Shown here piece by piece: positions 42,971 to 44,080 of a DNA stretch of 44,080 nt (position 1 is its first letter; every line of letters starts with the position of its first letter). The stretch comes from Paracoccaceae bacterium. GTDB taxonomy: Bacteria > Pseudomonadota > Alphaproteobacteria > Rhodobacterales > Rhodobacteraceae. A program made the translations under genes and the position numbers. The stretch lies in the NCBI GenBank assembly GCA_027069385.1, contig JALXER010000285.1, positions 1-44,080 on the forward strand, in the 5' to 3' direction. Under the pieces are notes generated by a model, which saw only the letters and a list, made by a program, of their open reading frames with translations, ran no database searches and was not told the origin of the DNA.

Positions 42971-44080
42971 ATGACCCGAAAACCCAAAGTGCTGATGATC
43001 ATCATGGACCAGTTTCGTGCCGATCTGCTGTCGGGGGATTTGGCTGCGCATGTGGACCTGCCCAATATCCGCGCCTTTCAACGCGAGGCCACCACATTCG
43101 AGCGCCACTATTCGGTCACCAACCCCTGCGGCCCCTCGCGCGCCAGCATTTTTACCGGCCAATACGCGATGAACCACCGCTCGGTGCGCAACGGCACCCC
43201 GATGCCCGACCATACCGCCAATCTGGCCCAAGAGGCACGCAAGGCGGGCTATGAGCCGCACCTGTACGGCTATACCGATACCAGCCTCGACCCGCGCTCC
43301 CGCCACCCCGATGATCCGGCCCTGAAGACCGAGGAGCAGGTCTTGCCCGGCTTTGACGAAAAGCTGGAAATGCGCCTGATGGAAAGCTATCCGTGGCGGG
43401 CCTATTTGCAGGCGCAGGGCTATACGGTTCCACCCTATGCGCGGTTTTACGATTCGGTCTCGCCCGACCCGAACCGGCCGGCGCGCCCCGATGATCCGCC
43501 GTTTTATCGGGCCGAGCATAGCGACACCGCCTTTCTTGCCACCTCGCTGATCCATGACCTGTCGGTGCGCGCCGACCAGCCGTGGTTTGCGCTGGCAACC
43601 TTTTTGCGCCCGCACCCGCCGCTGGTGGCCCCCGCGCCCTATAACACTCTGATTGACCCCGCCGCGCTGCCCCTGCCCCACCGCCTGAACAGCAAGGCCG
43701 ATCAACAGGCGGTGCATCCGTTTATGCCCGCAGCCCTGCGCGCGCCGCGCATGGAAAACATCGTGCGCGGATGCGACGGTCAGGTGGACAGCAACAGCGA
43801 TGATGACGTGCAGATGCTGCGGGCGCTCTATCTGGGTCTGGCCGCCGAGGTAGACACGCATATCGGCCGGATTTTCGACTTTCTTAGGGAAACCGGCCAG
43901 TATGACGATACGCTGATCATCCTGATGGCCGACCATGGCGAGGCGCTGGGCGACCATCACCTGTGGGGCAAGCAAAACCCGTATGAGCCATGCTATCACA
44001 TCCCGCTGATCATCCGCGACCCGCGCCTGCCCGCCGGACATGGCACAAGGGTGCAGGCCTTTAGCGAAAGCGTCGATATT
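42971..44080 (+). CDS. Sulfatase / alkaline-phosphatase superfamily protein, 5' part; continues beyond the window end
   Basis: Absent from the ORF track because no stop lies in the window. The frame from ATG 42971 reads MTRKPKVLMIIMDQFRADLLSG...ERHYSVTNPCGPSRASIFTGQYAMNHR (C-x-P-x-R sulfatase signature) ...IILMADHGEALGDHHLWGK... It stays open for all 370 codons to 44080. Confidence 0.8.
   Translation, partial: MTRKPKVLMIIMDQFRADLLSGDLAAHVDLPNIRAFQREATTFERHYSVTNPCGPSRASIFTGQYAMNHRSVRNGTPMPDHTANLAQEARKAGYEPHLYGYTDTSLDPRSRHPDDPALKTEEQVLPGFDEKLEMRLMESYPWRAYLQAQGYTVPPYARFYDSVSPDPNRPARPDDPPFYRAEHSDTAFLATSLIHDLSVRADQPWFALATFLRPHPPLVAPAPYNTLIDPAALPLPHRLNSKADQQAVHPFMPAALRAPRMENIVRGCDGQVDSNSDDDVQMLRALYLGLAAEVDTHIGRIFDFLRETGQYDDTLIILMADHGEALGDHHLWGKQNPYEPCYHIPLIIRDPRLPAGHGTRVQAFSESVDI

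Noticed and set aside
42722-44041. 439-aa minus-strand ORF
   Set aside because: Antisense to the plus-strand sulfatase frame, which carries the C-x-P-x-R signature and stays open to the window end. The minus-strand translation is Arg/Gly/His-rich noise.
1-44080. Scan for CRISPR arrays, tRNA/rRNA genes, transposases, integrases, reverse transcriptases and toxin-antitoxin pairs
   Set aside because: I found no regularly spaced direct repeats, cloverleaf-like candidates, or ORFs with the corresponding catalytic motifs. This was a scan by eye only; tRNAscan/Infernal would be decisive for RNA genes.

Overview
High-GC alphaproteobacterial, Rhodobacterales-like chromosomal window (about 60% GC in spot hand counts). 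Left third: the 5' part of a ycaQ-like glycosylase gene; a six-gene minus-strand operon (M20 deacylase, family-5 peptide-type ABC importer, aldehyde dehydrogenase); a divergent PAS-LuxR regulator; and a sharply AT-rich ~1 kb islet (intergenic ~30% GC, genes ~47% and ~52% GC by hand count) with two orphan genes behind a perfect 2 x 17 bp tandem repeat. Middle: lrp, bioY, an SDR, the conserved yfgM-bamB-der block and an MFP+RND efflux pair. This block is bracketed by two inverted copies of a hairpin-rich 270-340 bp mosaic (MITE-like) repeat, one of which abuts a decayed histidine-phosphatase gene. Right half: cysE, a TraR/DksA zinc-finger gene and a complete RcGTA-type gene transfer agent cluster (g1-g15, ~22.6-37.3 kb, minus strand). 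The cluster departs from the canonical layout in four ways: an extra fibre-adaptor-like gene between g5 and g6, a tightly coupled DUF2793 gene after g15, REP-type hairpins in two intercistronic gaps, and a near-consensus sigma-70-type promoter upstream of g1. It is followed by mltG-fabF-acpP-fabG, with two secreted-protein genes wedged into the fab cluster, and the 5' part of a sulfatase gene. I saw no rRNA, tRNA, CRISPR, transposase or integrase genes. The GTA is a known system type. The most likely novel items are the low-GC two-gene cassette, the GTA add-ons and the mosaic repeats.
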